Source of the DNA: Nitrospirales bacterium
GTDB lineage: Bacteria; Nitrospirota; Nitrospiria; Nitrospirales; UBA8639
Direction: 5' to 3'
DNA length: 64,000 nt
Assembly: GCA_965223295.1 (NCBI GenBank)
Contig: CBDCWC010000002.1
Location: 1,280,001-1,344,000 of the forward strand
This document shows positions 9,690-19,990 of the stretch, one piece after another. Positions within the stretch are counted from its first letter, which is position 1. Each line of letters begins with the position of its first letter. Made by a program: the position numbers and the translations under genes. The notes under the pieces are model-generated. The model searched no databases. It saw only the letters and a list, made by a program, of their open reading frames with translations, and was not told the DNA's origin.

Positions 9690-9771
9690 TAAGGGGTCAG
9701 ACTCGATTAAATTTCACCTTTTGCTCTGTAGCGAAGTGATGTTTGTTGAATTTATCGAGTCTGACCCCTTA
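9690..9771. repeat. REPIN-like palindromic element, family B, copy 1
   Basis: TAAGGGGTCAGACTCGATTAAATT...AATTTATCGAGTCTGACCCCTTA arms around a short spacer. Confidence 0.9.
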
Positions 9772-9808
9772 TTGCAGGAATATATAGACAGAGCCCCTTG
9801 ACTGAAAA

Positions 9809-10786
9809 TCACACCACCTCGGCCTTCAGCTTCGCTGGGATTTGGGCATCCTTAAAAATTTCCGTGGGGAAAGTGGGTTGTATCCCAACGGTCTCTAACG
9901 TTTCGACAATTCTTCCTGGACGACCCCAGTCACTCCACAAGACCTTTTCCAATTCCATGACCCCTAATTGCCCAGAAAGGGGCTGCAAAACTTCATGTGA
10001 GAAATTGGAGGTGGGCATATCGCGGTAGATGGCTTGAAGAACAGATTCCTCTTCCGGAGTTCCAATGCTTTGCCGTAAACGCTCAAATCGCTCCATCACC
10101 TCAGGAACACAGTCCCACCCAGCCGTCCACAACGTTTCGGCGTTCGCCACAAGAACCAAGGTATTCCATACGGCTCCTTGACTCATCAAACTCACGGCAT
10201 CCGCTGATCGAGGCTTTTCAACAAACTCTCGAACACGGCGAATACATGACCCCTCACTCCATCCCAAAACTTTTCCTTGGGTGATCCACCCATAGTCAAG
10301 CTCGAGATGAGAAGGGCGCACACCCAACAGAATCATCTGATCCCGCCAAACATCAACCGCCCGTACAGCCCGCCGCACTATTTCCACAAATTGACCTTCG
10401 GGAAACACAAAATGATCAGACGGAAAAATCACGACGACAGATTGAGGATCCCAGGTTTTTACATAGGTCAATGGGAGAAACACTCCTGGCGACGTCCCAC
10501 AATTCCGCGGCTGCAGAATCACTGTTCCTTCACGTTGATCTTGGAAATGTCCACCCGATCGTTGCTGATGCGTTCGGCCAACAACCGTCACCTTTCTGCA
10601 CGGCTGAACAATCTGGTTCGCCCGCCCCCATGTATGTTGCAACATGGACCTGGTGCCAACAAAGGTACAATATTGTTTTGGCAACGAGTATCCCAACCAT
10701 CTTCGAATACAAGGCTGAATTCGTTCACCATCACCCCCAGCCAATACGATGGACCACCGAGAGGACATTCGACTTTGCGCACTCAT
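9809..10786 (-). CDS. Sugar-phosphate nucleotidyltransferase (mannose-1-phosphate guanylyltransferase-like, no cupin domain)
   Basis: VLAGGDGERI, PKQY, PSDH, FVEKP, WSDWG motifs; AGGAGG RBS. Confidence 0.85.
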   Translation of the reverse strand: MSAQSRMSSRWSIVLAGGDGERIQPCIRRWLGYSLPKQYCTFVGTRSMLQHTWGRANQIVQPCRKVTVVGRTHQQRSGGHFQDQREGTVILQPRNCGTSPGVFLPLTYVKTWDPQSVVVIFPSDHFVFPEGQFVEIVRRAVRAVDVWRDQMILLGVRPSHLELDYGWITQGKVLGWSEGSCIRRVREFVEKPRSADAVSLMSQGAVWNTLVLVANAETLWTAGWDCVPEVMERFERLRQSIGTPEEESVLQAIYRDMPTSNFSHEVLQPLSGQLGVMELEKVLWSDWGRPGRIVETLETVGIQPTFPTEIFKDAQIPAKLKAEVV

Positions 10787-11134
10787 AAGAGACCTCCTGG
10801 AGATATATACATCATGATCACATCGATTCTCACTAAAATATCAACGCAGCCTACAGAACGGAACAACATGAACGATTTACAACTGCTCCTCGTTCATCTA
10901 GATCCACAAAGACAGAACTGGAGCTCCCGCATCTGCGTCACACTCAAAACAAAAATTCGAGCTTAGGAGCTACGAGAAAAAACAGATGAGTACGGAAAGA
11001 AAAAAATAAAGCAGAATAAAAGATAATGATAGCGAATGAAGAGACCAACACTATGCCAGAACTACATGAAAAAAGAAACAGCTGAATGAGGCAAACCCGA
11101 AAAAAATTTTACCTAAGCTCAGTACCTCATTAAT

Positions 11135-11217
11135 TAAGGGGTCAGACTCGATTAAATTCAACAAACATCACTTCGCTACAGAGCAAAAGGTAAAATTTAA
11201 TCGAGTCTGACCCCTTA
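11135..11217. repeat. REPIN-like palindromic element, family B, copy 2 (inverted relative to copy 1)
   Basis: Reverse complement equals copy 1 except one substitution and one 1-nt indel. Confidence 0.9.
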
Positions 11218-11232
11218 AAACAGGAAACTGGA

Positions 11233-11871
11233 TCACAAGAGACTCTTTCGTAAAGTGTTGATTTGCTTCATAATTTCTTTTGTGCATGATTGGATGGATT
11301 TTTTACTGGGTTTGGTTTCTTGAGGAAAGTACAACGGCTTGCCATAGCAAATTTTCGCTTTACTGGGAACGACTAGCGTTTTGACCATTGATGTCACAGA
11401 ATGGGGGCCTTCCCAGATAATGGAGGCTGGGATCACTGACGCTCCCGACTTGATAGCCAAATAGCCAATTCCTGGATGCCCTTCATCCATCCGATGCCGA
11501 TCCAATCCACCCTCAGGGAAAAGGCCAATCACCTCACTAGCGGCTAATTCCTCCAGCATAGTTCGAATGGCCTTCACATCTCGTTTCCCGCGCTGAACAG
11601 GAATGCAGCCATATGCTTCAAATGCCCACCGAATATGCGGCAGGGCGTAAATCTCTTGCGCCATGAGAAACCGAATGGGCCGGCCCGCCGTGGCTGCGAG
11701 CACTAACGGGTCACCCAGAGAAGTATGGTCGCATACAATCAGCGCCGGTCCATGAAGGGGAATGGGCGATTGTTCAGGCGCCTTCACTCCATACATGACC
11801 TGACACACCCAGGTATTGAGTTGATGAAGAAAAGTATAGAGGAAACCTCGTTTTTTGGATGGAGCAGACAA
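11233..11871 (-). CDS. 1-acyl-sn-glycerol-3-phosphate acyltransferase (PlsC-like)
   Basis: HX4D motif DHTSLGD, FPEGG, IPVQRG. Confidence 0.85.
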   Translation of the reverse strand: MSAPSKKRGFLYTFLHQLNTWVCQVMYGVKAPEQSPIPLHGPALIVCDHTSLGDPLVLAATAGRPIRFLMAQEIYALPHIRWAFEAYGCIPVQRGKRDVKAIRTMLEELAASEVIGLFPEGGLDRHRMDEGHPGIGYLAIKSGASVIPASIIWEGPHSVTSMVKTLVVPSKAKICYGKPLYFPQETKPSKKSIQSCTKEIMKQINTLRKSLL

Positions 11872-11978
11872 CGTGGAGGCAAGAAAGAGATATGTGTAGC
11901 GGCTAAATCACGTTTCCCAATCCCATGGCTGTCGGAAACATGTCCCGTAGGTCTAAGGGCCAACTGACAGGAAACAGG

Positions 11979-12473
11979 TTAAGGACGAGTACTTTGTGCT
12001 TCAGCCGTACCAGCAGAATCAGATGATGCGTCTCCTTCAGAATCAGCCTCCGAATCCCCGGACCTTTCTTCATCGGTCTCATCATCACCTTCTTCTTCTG
12101 GCTCCTCAAACCAATTGACGAGCATATCTTCCCACCACACCAGATCAACGTCTGCACCAGGATCTTCCCCGAGAAATGCAACATGCTCCTTGGTAAAGTC
12201 AGGATCGATTACCGTAGGCTTGAACAACGCTCGATCAATAACCTCTTTGGTGGCAAAGCCTCCAACAATCCAGGAAGGGGGGTCGGCTCGTCTGGACTTA
12301 TACGCTTGGAGCGCAACCTTGAGATATAAGAATATCTTTCGCTGTACATCATCATTGAACCCCGAAGGGGGCAAACCTAATGTTTTTTCTATTTTCTTTC
12401 GCCATTCCCGTTGATCATATCGGGAGGTGATGAGTTGAAGGGCTTTGACCCCATCTTCTGGCTCAAGTGGCAT
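11979..12473 (-). CDS. Hypothetical protein with acidic disordered C-terminal tail
   Basis: GGAG RBS; co-oriented between pmbA and the acyltransferase; no family recognised. Confidence 0.75.
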   Translation of the reverse strand: MPLEPEDGVKALQLITSRYDQREWRKKIEKTLGLPPSGFNDDVQRKIFLYLKVALQAYKSRRADPPSWIVGGFATKEVIDRALFKPTVIDPDFTKEHVAFLGEDPGADVDLVWWEDMLVNWFEEPEEEGDDETDEERSGDSEADSEGDASSDSAGTAEAQSTRP

Positions 12474-12528
12474 ATGACTTCTCCATCACACGATTCGTCG
12501 TCACAACAATTGATTGTGGTCTATTTTC

Positions 12529-13899
12529 TTACTGCCCCGCAACCATCATTTTTCGCAGTTTGACGGTTGGACTGGCCGTTCGGCCTCGAAAGATCAAGTC
12601 GTTCCCAATTATCTCAATATCATGAAACATGTCCTTTAAGTTTCCAGCGATGGTCACTTCTTCAACCGGATGGACAATTTCTCCATTTTCTATCCAAAAT
12701 CCCACGGCTCCTCGGGAATAGTCTCCCGTCACCATATTGACCCCAAATCCAATGAGTTCCGTCACCAGCAGCCCACGCTTTGTTGATTGTACAATCTCTT
12801 CTGGCGATACGGTACCAGGCGACATGAATAAGTTTGTCGTCCCCACCGTTGGATTTTCACCAACGGAGCGCGAGGCATTGCCCGTAGACGGCATACCCAA
12901 TTTTCGCCCGGAGTAGGTATCCAATAAATAACTGGTCAAGACGCCCTTATCGACGACAACATTTCTTCGAGTGGGTAACCCTTCCCCATCAAAGGGACGA
13001 GAACCTAAGCCGTTGGCTAACCGACCATCGTCCACCACGGTGACTGATTCAGCCGCAATCTTTTTCCCTAGTTGTCCCATCAGAAAGGAGGCACCTTTAT
13101 AAAGCGAATATCCCGATACGGCTGAAGCAATATGGCCCAACAAGCCTTTGGCCATTTCCGGATCGAAAATAACCGGCACCTCCTGCGTGGCAATAGATCG
13201 GCTTCCCAGCCGTCTCACCGTGCGGCGGGCCGCCTCCTGTCCAATTTCCTCAGGACTTTCTAATTCTTGGAATTTTCGTTTCATCGAATACCAATAATCC
13301 CGCTGCATACCGCCATTTTGGCTATCCATCGCAATGGGCGAAACCGAGACAGAATATGAAGAACTGGAATAGGAACCAACAAACCCATGAGAGTTCGCCA
13401 GTAAAATCGAGCCATACCCAGCCGAGCAATCGGCGCCCTCAGAATTTGTCACCCGCGAGTCGGCGTCGAAAGCCGATTTTTCTGCGCGTTGAGCCAGGTT
13501 GATTTCTTCATCAACCGTCAGTTGCCGGCTATCTCGCATATCCATATCAGGAATATCAGAAGTCATTTGATCAGAAGCAGGCAATCCTGATGTTTCATCT
13601 TCCACGACCGCTTTGGCTAAGCTACAGGTATCATTCACCAAACGATCTAACGAGGCCTCGGAAAAATCCGATGTCGACGAGCTGGCAGACCGCTTACCAA
13701 AGAACACACGAATACCTAAGACTTTCTCACGCGCCTTCGAAAGCCTCTCCACTTCTGACATGCGCACTTGCACTGATACGGAATCCCCTTCAGCGACAAG
13801 AAGGTCCGCTTCTGTGGCGCCTAACGACTTGGCTCGAGTGAGCACAGCTGCCGCTAAATCAGGAAAACGGTCAACCTGCATGGTTGGGACATTGGTCAT
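12529..13899 (-). CDS. pmbA: TldE/PmbA metalloprotease subunit
   Basis: MQRDYWYS, SRPFDGEG, GDYSRGAVGFWIENG, EVTIAGNL motifs; follows tldD. Confidence 0.93.
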   Translation of the reverse strand: MTNVPTMQVDRFPDLAAAVLTRAKSLGATEADLLVAEGDSVSVQVRMSEVERLSKAREKVLGIRVFFGKRSASSSTSDFSEASLDRLVNDTCSLAKAVVEDETSGLPASDQMTSDIPDMDMRDSRQLTVDEEINLAQRAEKSAFDADSRVTNSEGADCSAGYGSILLANSHGFVGSYSSSSYSVSVSPIAMDSQNGGMQRDYWYSMKRKFQELESPEEIGQEAARRTVRRLGSRSIATQEVPVIFDPEMAKGLLGHIASAVSGYSLYKGASFLMGQLGKKIAAESVTVVDDGRLANGLGSRPFDGEGLPTRRNVVVDKGVLTSYLLDTYSGRKLGMPSTGNASRSVGENPTVGTTNLFMSPGTVSPEEIVQSTKRGLLVTELIGFGVNMVTGDYSRGAVGFWIENGEIVHPVEEVTIAGNLKDMFHDIEIIGNDLIFRGRTASPTVKLRKMMVAGQ

Positions 13900-13936
13900 C
13901 GTTTAAAAGGAAAAAAGTTAAACGGGAGGTGTTCCA

Positions 13937-15367
13937 TTAGCCAAGGGCAGTTCCACCAACGGTCATCTCGTCAACTTTGATAGTGGGAAGCCCTACGCCG
14001 ACTGGAACGGATTGGCCTTCTTTTCCACAAGTCCCAATGCCTTCATCTAGCTTCATATCATGTCCCACTGCCGAGACCTTTTTGAGAACATCGGGACCAT
14101 TGCCAATCAACGTTGCCCCTTTGACAGGTTTGGTCACTTTCCCATCTTCAATGAGGTAGGCTTCACTGGCTGAAAACACAAACTTGCCGCTGGTGATATC
14201 TACTTGTCCGCCCCCAAATGAGGCCGCATACAATCCTTTTTTCACTGACCGGATAATGTCATCAGGTTCCGACTCTCCAGCCAACATGAACGTATTCGTC
14301 ATCCGAGGGAGCACAACGCTACGAAAATCTTCTCTCCGCCCATTACCAGTCAAGGGAATACCCATCAAGCGAGCATTCATCCGATCCGTGATATAGCCGC
14401 GTAAAATACCTTTTTCAATAAGCATGGTTCGGGAAGTGGGCGTCCCCTCATCATCAATATTCATGGAGCCACGACGAAATGGCAGAGTTCCATCATCCAC
14501 AATGGTACAGAGTTCGGAAGCCACAGGCTGCCCAATCAAATCGCTAAAAGCCGAGGTCTTACGACGATTAAAATCAGCCTCTAGCCCGTGGCCAATCGCT
14601 TCATGCAACAAGATTCCCGGCCACCCGCCACCTAGCACCACCGGCATCAATCCGGCTGGAGCGTCCACGGCATCTAAATTCACGATGGCTTGGCGCGCAG
14701 CTTCTCTGGCAAATTCCAAAGCTCTCTCGTTTTCAACAAAGAAAGAAAAACCAACTCGTCCTCCTCCCCCGTAACTTCCCACTTGTCTATTCTCACCATC
14801 TTCGGCAATACAGGTGACTTGAAGACGTGCGAGCGGCTGCACATCTCCCACAAGTCGACCTTCTGAATTCATCACCAAAAATATTTTTTGTTCAGTATTA
14901 AATGATGCCATCACTTTGGCGATGCGAGGATCATATTTTCTAGCTTCCACATCAATATCATTTAGTAAATCAACACGGACTTCTGTCGTAATATCGGTCA
15001 ACGATTGTGTGAGCGGATACAGATTCTGCGAAGGGCCCGTCCGATGAGTCACGGCAACGGGGGTTTCTCCTTGTGGAGACTCTGCAATGTATCGTGCCGT
15101 TTCAGCCGCCTGTTCTAAATCTCGAACCGAGAGGTCATCTGAGTAGGCAAAGCCCGTGCGCTCCCCTGCCACCGCTCGAATCCCTACACCTTGAGCGACA
15201 TTTTTCACAGCACGCTTTACCAAGCTTTCTTCCATGGAAACTGAATCTGTCACCGAAGACTCCAAATACATATCCGCGTAATCCACATCCCGAGCCTTTG
15301 CTTTATTCAAGGCCTGAAGAATATCTTGTTCTCGAAGAGCAAAATCTGAGGGGTTGGGAGTTTTCAT
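13937..15367 (-). CDS. tldD: TldD metalloprotease subunit
   Basis: HEAIGHGLEADFNR zinc motif, PRMTNT, GTCGKEGQSVPVGVG; ATG 15367 preferred over TTG 15490. Confidence 0.95.
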   Translation of the reverse strand: MKTPNPSDFALREQDILQALNKAKARDVDYADMYLESSVTDSVSMEESLVKRAVKNVAQGVGIRAVAGERTGFAYSDDLSVRDLEQAAETARYIAESPQGETPVAVTHRTGPSQNLYPLTQSLTDITTEVRVDLLNDIDVEARKYDPRIAKVMASFNTEQKIFLVMNSEGRLVGDVQPLARLQVTCIAEDGENRQVGSYGGGGRVGFSFFVENERALEFAREAARQAIVNLDAVDAPAGLMPVVLGGGWPGILLHEAIGHGLEADFNRRKTSAFSDLIGQPVASELCTIVDDGTLPFRRGSMNIDDEGTPTSRTMLIEKGILRGYITDRMNARLMGIPLTGNGRREDFRSVVLPRMTNTFMLAGESEPDDIIRSVKKGLYAASFGGGQVDITSGKFVFSASEAYLIEDGKVTKPVKGATLIGNGPDVLKKVSAVGHDMKLDEGIGTCGKEGQSVPVGVGLPTIKVDEMTVGGTALG

Positions 15368-15483
15368 ACTAATGGAATGTTTTCGGATTGAAAGACGAGA
15401 GCGCCAGATAGAGGGAAAATAGTATAGCCCATCTCCTTGATGTGCGCAATTTTGTTCACAGCAACAAACCTCATCAGAAGAAT

Positions 15484-15512
15484 TTGACAAGAATCTTATT
15501 CATTATTAGACT
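15484..15512 (+). promoter_or_regulatory. Sigma70-type promoter for the uppS operon
   Basis: TTGACA-N17-TAGACT about 95 nt upstream of uppS. Confidence 0.65.
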
Positions 15513-15607
15513 GAATTTGTTCACAAATCTCTTATGTTTGTGAATGAATCGATTCCCCCTATACGGATTCCGGCTTTTACCTCGACACGTAACGTTCTGC
15601 GTCTTTC

Positions 15608-16393
15608 ATGGATGATTTCCCGACAGTAGAAGCTAAACACCTCGCTGAAGACGAGCTTTGGACTCAACTCGACCGTGAGTCCCTTCCTCGACACATCGCG
15701 ATTATTATGGATGGGAATGGTCGTTGGGCCGCTCAACGTGGCTTGCCTCGGATCGCCGGGCACCAGGAAGGACTACGTGCCCTCCACGATGTGCTTGAAA
15801 TCGGACAAGAGCTGAACATTCCTTTTTTGACGATTTATGCCTTTTCACAGGAAAATTGGAATCGTCCGGAAATGGAAGTTCGGTTGCTCATGAATTTGTT
15901 AGAGCAATATCTGACCAAAGAACGAGAACGATTTCACGAGCAGAAAATTCGATTTTTCCCAATTGGACGATTAGAACAACTTCCTGCCCCCGCACGCTCC
16001 CTTGTCATGGAAGTCGCCGAAGAAACCCAACATTATTCGGAGCGGACCTTGGCCGTGGCCTTGAGTTATGGCGGACGGGCCGAGATTCTGGATGCCGTTC
16101 AGCAAATTGCCTTTGCGGTCAAGATGGGCACCCTGACCCCTGAGGAAATCAGTGAGTCCCTTTTCGAGCAGCACCTCACCACCTGGAATATTCCTCACCC
16201 TGACCTTCTTATCCGAACCTCCGGAGAAACACGCATTAGCAATTTTCTGCTCTGGCAAATTGCCTATACCGAATTGTATTTCACGCCCACTCTTTGGCCT
16301 GATTTTCGTCGCTGTGACATACTGCTTGCTCTCCTGGACTATCAAAGACGTGAGCGGCGGTTTGGACGCGTCAGCCAAGTAGTTTCTCCTTAG
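15608..16393 (+). CDS. uppS: Undecaprenyl diphosphate synthase
   Basis: HIAIIMDGNGRWA, FSQENW, LSYGGR, RTSGETRISNFLLWQ. Confidence 0.96.
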   Translation: MDDFPTVEAKHLAEDELWTQLDRESLPRHIAIIMDGNGRWAAQRGLPRIAGHQEGLRALHDVLEIGQELNIPFLTIYAFSQENWNRPEMEVRLLMNLLEQYLTKERERFHEQKIRFFPIGRLEQLPAPARSLVMEVAEETQHYSERTLAVALSYGGRAEILDAVQQIAFAVKMGTLTPEEISESLFEQHLTTWNIPHPDLLIRTSGETRISNFLLWQIAYTELYFTPTLWPDFRRCDILLALLDYQRRERRFGRVSQVVSP

Positions 16394-16470
16394 AGGTTCT
16401 GAGATTTCACGATCAAACCCTATCTTCCCTCATTTCTTCTAACTCCCGCGTTTCTCCATCGGTCCCCTCT

Positions 16471-17277
16471 ATGGATCCACGCCGTCTCTATTCTGCCCTT
16501 GTATTTGTGCCACTGTTGTACGTAGGGATTGGTTACAGTCCTCCATGGCTTTTTGCCCTGTTAATCGGCACAGTTGCATTATTTGCACTTTGGGAATTTT
16601 TTTCTTTCTATTTCTTAAATACCCTCTCAACAGCTCAAAAAGTCCTTTCCTGCATCATGGCAAGCCTTCTCCTTGTCGGCATGTATCAAGGCATTTCACA
16701 TTTAGTTCTTGGGAGCCTTCTTGGATTCGTGACCATGATCCTGGTGGGATTTTTTCTCTCTCCAGCTAGTACCAAGGCACGACTCTCCGGCTGGACGTCT
16801 TATCTCTTCGGCATCTTCTACGTGACACTTTTATTGGGGTATTATATTCTGTTACGAAATCTTGAATACGGTGTCTCTTTAGTCTTTTTTGTTATTATTG
16901 TCACGTGGCTATCCGATACTGGAGGATTTTTTATTGGAAAAACCTTCGGAAAGCATCCTCTGGCTCCAACATTGAGTCCCCAAAAAACGATCGAAGGCTT
17001 ACTCGGAGGTATGCTGTTTTCTGTGGTAGGGGGGATTGTCAGCCACTTCACGTTTACCCCCTTTTTCTCCTTGACCGAATGCGTTATCCTCGGAGTGAGT
17101 TTAGCTCTGCTGGGTGCTATCGGAGATTTAACCGAGTCAGCCATTAAACGTAGCGTCCATGTCAAAGATTCGGGCACGATTATTCCCGGGCATGGTGGTG
17201 TTCTTGATCGCATAGACAGTCTTTTATTCACTGGACCTGCCATGTATTACTATGTCATGTTTTCTCTTCCTTCTTAA
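16471..17277 (+). CDS. cdsA: Phosphatidate cytidylyltransferase
   Basis: Multi-TM; SPQKTIEG, GDLTESAIKR, KDSGTIIPGHGGVLDRIDS. Confidence 0.95.
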   Translation: MDPRRLYSALVFVPLLYVGIGYSPPWLFALLIGTVALFALWEFFSFYFLNTLSTAQKVLSCIMASLLLVGMYQGISHLVLGSLLGFVTMILVGFFLSPASTKARLSGWTSYLFGIFYVTLLLGYYILLRNLEYGVSLVFFVIIVTWLSDTGGFFIGKTFGKHPLAPTLSPQKTIEGLLGGMLFSVVGGIVSHFTFTPFFSLTECVILGVSLALLGAIGDLTESAIKRSVHVKDSGTIIPGHGGVLDRIDSLLFTGPAMYYYVMFSLPS

Positions 17278-17313
17278 TGCCTTTGTAATTCCAAGAAAAA
17301 GGACATCGGCTTC

Positions 17314-18480
17314 GTGAAACGTATCATCATTTTGGGGTCAACTGGCTCAATAGGGGCTAGTACATTAGACGTGGTGTCACAATTTCCGGATCATTTTCAA
17401 ATTGTCGGATTAGCGGCGGGATCAAATGATCAAATCTTAGAAGACCAGATTCGGACGTTCCAACCAAAAATTGTCGCGTTGTCTTGTCCCGATGCCGCCA
17501 ACCGATTACGCACACGCATTCATTCCACCCAAGCTGAAATCTTAGAGGGCGAACCCGGCCTCTGTGATGTGGCAAGCTTCCCAGACTGTGATTTAGTGAT
17601 CTCGGCCATCGTCGGTGGTGCAGGCCTCAAGCCCACGCTTTCGGCTATTCAAGCTGGCAGACAAGTGGCCCTGGCGAATAAAGAACCCATGGTCATGGCC
17701 GGGCAACTCATGCAGCACGAAGCCAACAAGCATGGCGTCACCATTTTCCCCATCGATAGCGAGCATAGTGCAATTTTTCAATCTATGGAAGGACACCGAA
17801 AAATAGATATTCGTCGGGTGGTCCTTACTGCCTCGGGTGGGCCGTTTTGGGACTGGCCTGCAGCCGACCTTGAACATGTCAGCACAGAACAAGCCCTTAA
17901 ACATCCTAACTGGAAAATGGGAGCGAAAATTACCATTGATTCCGCAACACTTATGAATAAGGGGCTTGAAGTAATTGAAGCCCGATGGCTCTTTGACCTT
18001 CCACCGAACCAAATCGATGTGGTGGTTCACCGGGAAAGCATCATTCATTCTTTGGTAGAATATTGTGATGGATCGGTCATCTCGCAATTGGGACATCCAG
18101 ATATGCGTACACCAATTTCCTATGCTATGCACTATCCGGAGCGGGTTCCCCTTTATCCGCCACTGTTGGATTTAGGTCAGATTGGGAAACTTACGTTTTC
18201 GCCGCCGGATACCGAAAAGTTTCCTTGTCTACAGTTGGCCTATGACGCCCTAGCTGGAGGAGCTGGACTCCCAGCAACACTCAATGCCGCTAATGAAGTG
18301 GCAGTCCAAGCCTTCCTCAAGAACCAGATTGCATTTTTGGATATTCCAAAAATTATTCAAGAAACTATGACGGCATATTCACCAACACCATTATCAACGA
18401 TTGAAGACGTGTTGGACATCGACCAATGGGCTCGTCGAACGGCTGAAGATATCATGAAGACCTGCGTCGCACCTGCATAA
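17314..18480 (+). CDS. dxr: 1-deoxy-D-xylulose-5-phosphate reductoisomerase
   Basis: LGSTGSIG, LANKE, PIDSEH, HPNWKMG, MNKGLE. Confidence 0.97.
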   Translation: MKRIIILGSTGSIGASTLDVVSQFPDHFQIVGLAAGSNDQILEDQIRTFQPKIVALSCPDAANRLRTRIHSTQAEILEGEPGLCDVASFPDCDLVISAIVGGAGLKPTLSAIQAGRQVALANKEPMVMAGQLMQHEANKHGVTIFPIDSEHSAIFQSMEGHRKIDIRRVVLTASGGPFWDWPAADLEHVSTEQALKHPNWKMGAKITIDSATLMNKGLEVIEARWLFDLPPNQIDVVVHRESIIHSLVEYCDGSVISQLGHPDMRTPISYAMHYPERVPLYPPLLDLGQIGKLTFSPPDTEKFPCLQLAYDALAGGAGLPATLNAANEVAVQAFLKNQIAFLDIPKIIQETMTAYSPTPLSTIEDVLDIDQWARRTAEDIMKTCVAPA

Positions 18481-18511
18481 CCCTAAATGATTGTTTGACG
18501 GCAAAATATTT

Positions 18512-19906
18512 ATGAATAGCCTCTCTTTGTTCTCTCCAGACGCAATATACATTTTTGGACAAAAACTCTGGTGGTTTTTGATTGTATTAGGCGTGCTGGT
18601 TACATTCCATGAATACGGCCATTACTTAGCTGCTCGTTGGGTCGGCGTGAAAGTCCTCAAATTTTCAATAGGATTTGGTCCACGCTTGGTAGGCCGCCAA
18701 GTTGGCGATACCGAATATGTGGTATCTGCGATACCTCTCGGAGGCTATGTCAAGATGTTTGGAGAGGAAGGTGGAGAAACCATTTCCGCTGAGGACCAAA
18801 AGGGCTCTTTCCTCCATCAGTCCCTGCCGCATAAAACACTCATCGTGGCAGCTGGACCTGGGTTCAACTTTATTCTTAGCTATCTCATTTTTACCGGCAT
18901 GTTAGCATTTGGCTCGCCACTCTTCGTCCCGAATATTGACAAAATGCTTCCTGTGGTCGAAGCCATCACACCCGACTCCCCTGCTGCACTTTCTGGATTA
19001 GAGCTCGGAGATCGTATTACCCGAGTCAACGAAGAAGAGATCTCAACGTTAGGAGAATTGTATCAGATTATTGATAAAACCCATGGCCGCCCAGTCACAT
19101 TGGATGTCATGCGCAGGGACAAGATTAAGACCTTTATTATCACGCCAACCACTCAGGAGAATAAGAGTAACTCTGAAGACGAACCCATTTATCTACTTGG
19201 CATCGAAGATCATGTGCCAAAGATCGGGAAAGTCATGCCCGGCACGCCGGCTAAGGCTTCAGGGCTTCAAGCAGATGATCGAATTACTCAAATCAATGAC
19301 ACGCCGATTGTCACATGGTCTCAGATGACGGATATTATTCAGAAAAGCGCAGGGGTGCCACTTGAAGTACACATAGAGCGAAAAGGAGCCCCTCTGACCC
19401 TTTCGGTGACCCCGAAAGCCCACACCCTTACGCAACCTGACGGAGAGAGCCGAGCCATTGGCCGCATTGGCATTCAAATTTCTGGACGGGGAACCATCTT
19501 ACAAAGCTCCGAATGGTATCTGGCTCCATGGCAAGGCTTACAAGCCACCTGGGATTGGTGCAAACTCACGGTGCTCGGGATAGCCAAATTGGTGACAGGA
19601 GAAATTTCTTCAAAAAATATAGGCGGGCCTTTAATGATCGCCAGCGTTTCAGGAGAGCATGGCGAACAGGGCTTTGGTGCGATCTTGTGGCTTATTGCCA
19701 TTCTCAGCATTAATTTAGGCATTTTAAATTTATTACCCATTCCTGTCTTGGATGGCGGCCATCTCTTCTTTTTTGCCTGCGAAGCCATCCTAGGCCGCCC
19801 ATTACAAGAACGTTCACGGGAAATGGCCCAACAAGCCGGGATCATCCTGTTATTCTGTCTGATGGGTTTTGCCTTCTGGAACGACATTAATCGCCTGCTT
19901 CAATAG
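18512..19906 (+). CDS. rseP: RIP metalloprotease RseP with two PDZ domains
   Basis: HEYGH, PLGGYVKM, NLLPIPVLDGGH; start 18491 or 18512. Confidence 0.95.
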   Translation: MNSLSLFSPDAIYIFGQKLWWFLIVLGVLVTFHEYGHYLAARWVGVKVLKFSIGFGPRLVGRQVGDTEYVVSAIPLGGYVKMFGEEGGETISAEDQKGSFLHQSLPHKTLIVAAGPGFNFILSYLIFTGMLAFGSPLFVPNIDKMLPVVEAITPDSPAALSGLELGDRITRVNEEEISTLGELYQIIDKTHGRPVTLDVMRRDKIKTFIITPTTQENKSNSEDEPIYLLGIEDHVPKIGKVMPGTPAKASGLQADDRITQINDTPIVTWSQMTDIIQKSAGVPLEVHIERKGAPLTLSVTPKAHTLTQPDGESRAIGRIGIQISGRGTILQSSEWYLAPWQGLQATWDWCKLTVLGIAKLVTGEISSKNIGGPLMIASVSGEHGEQGFGAILWLIAILSINLGILNLLPIPVLDGGHLFFFACEAILGRPLQERSREMAQQAGIILLFCLMGFAFWNDINRLLQ

Positions 19907-19990
19907 ATCTCTCCTCTAAAACCGGTCAAACATTATCTGTTGATGACTTCTCAAAACTGTGTGCGTTCCATTTGGTAAAGTGGACTATTT

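Noticed and set aside
10277-10966. 229-aa plus-strand ORF
   Set aside because: Antisense shadow of the nucleotidyltransferase gene; no recognisable motifs.
15367-15490. Cys-rich N-terminal extension of TldD in the ORF track
   Set aside because: Comes from an upstream TTG inside the divergent promoter region; the ATG at 15367 fits better.
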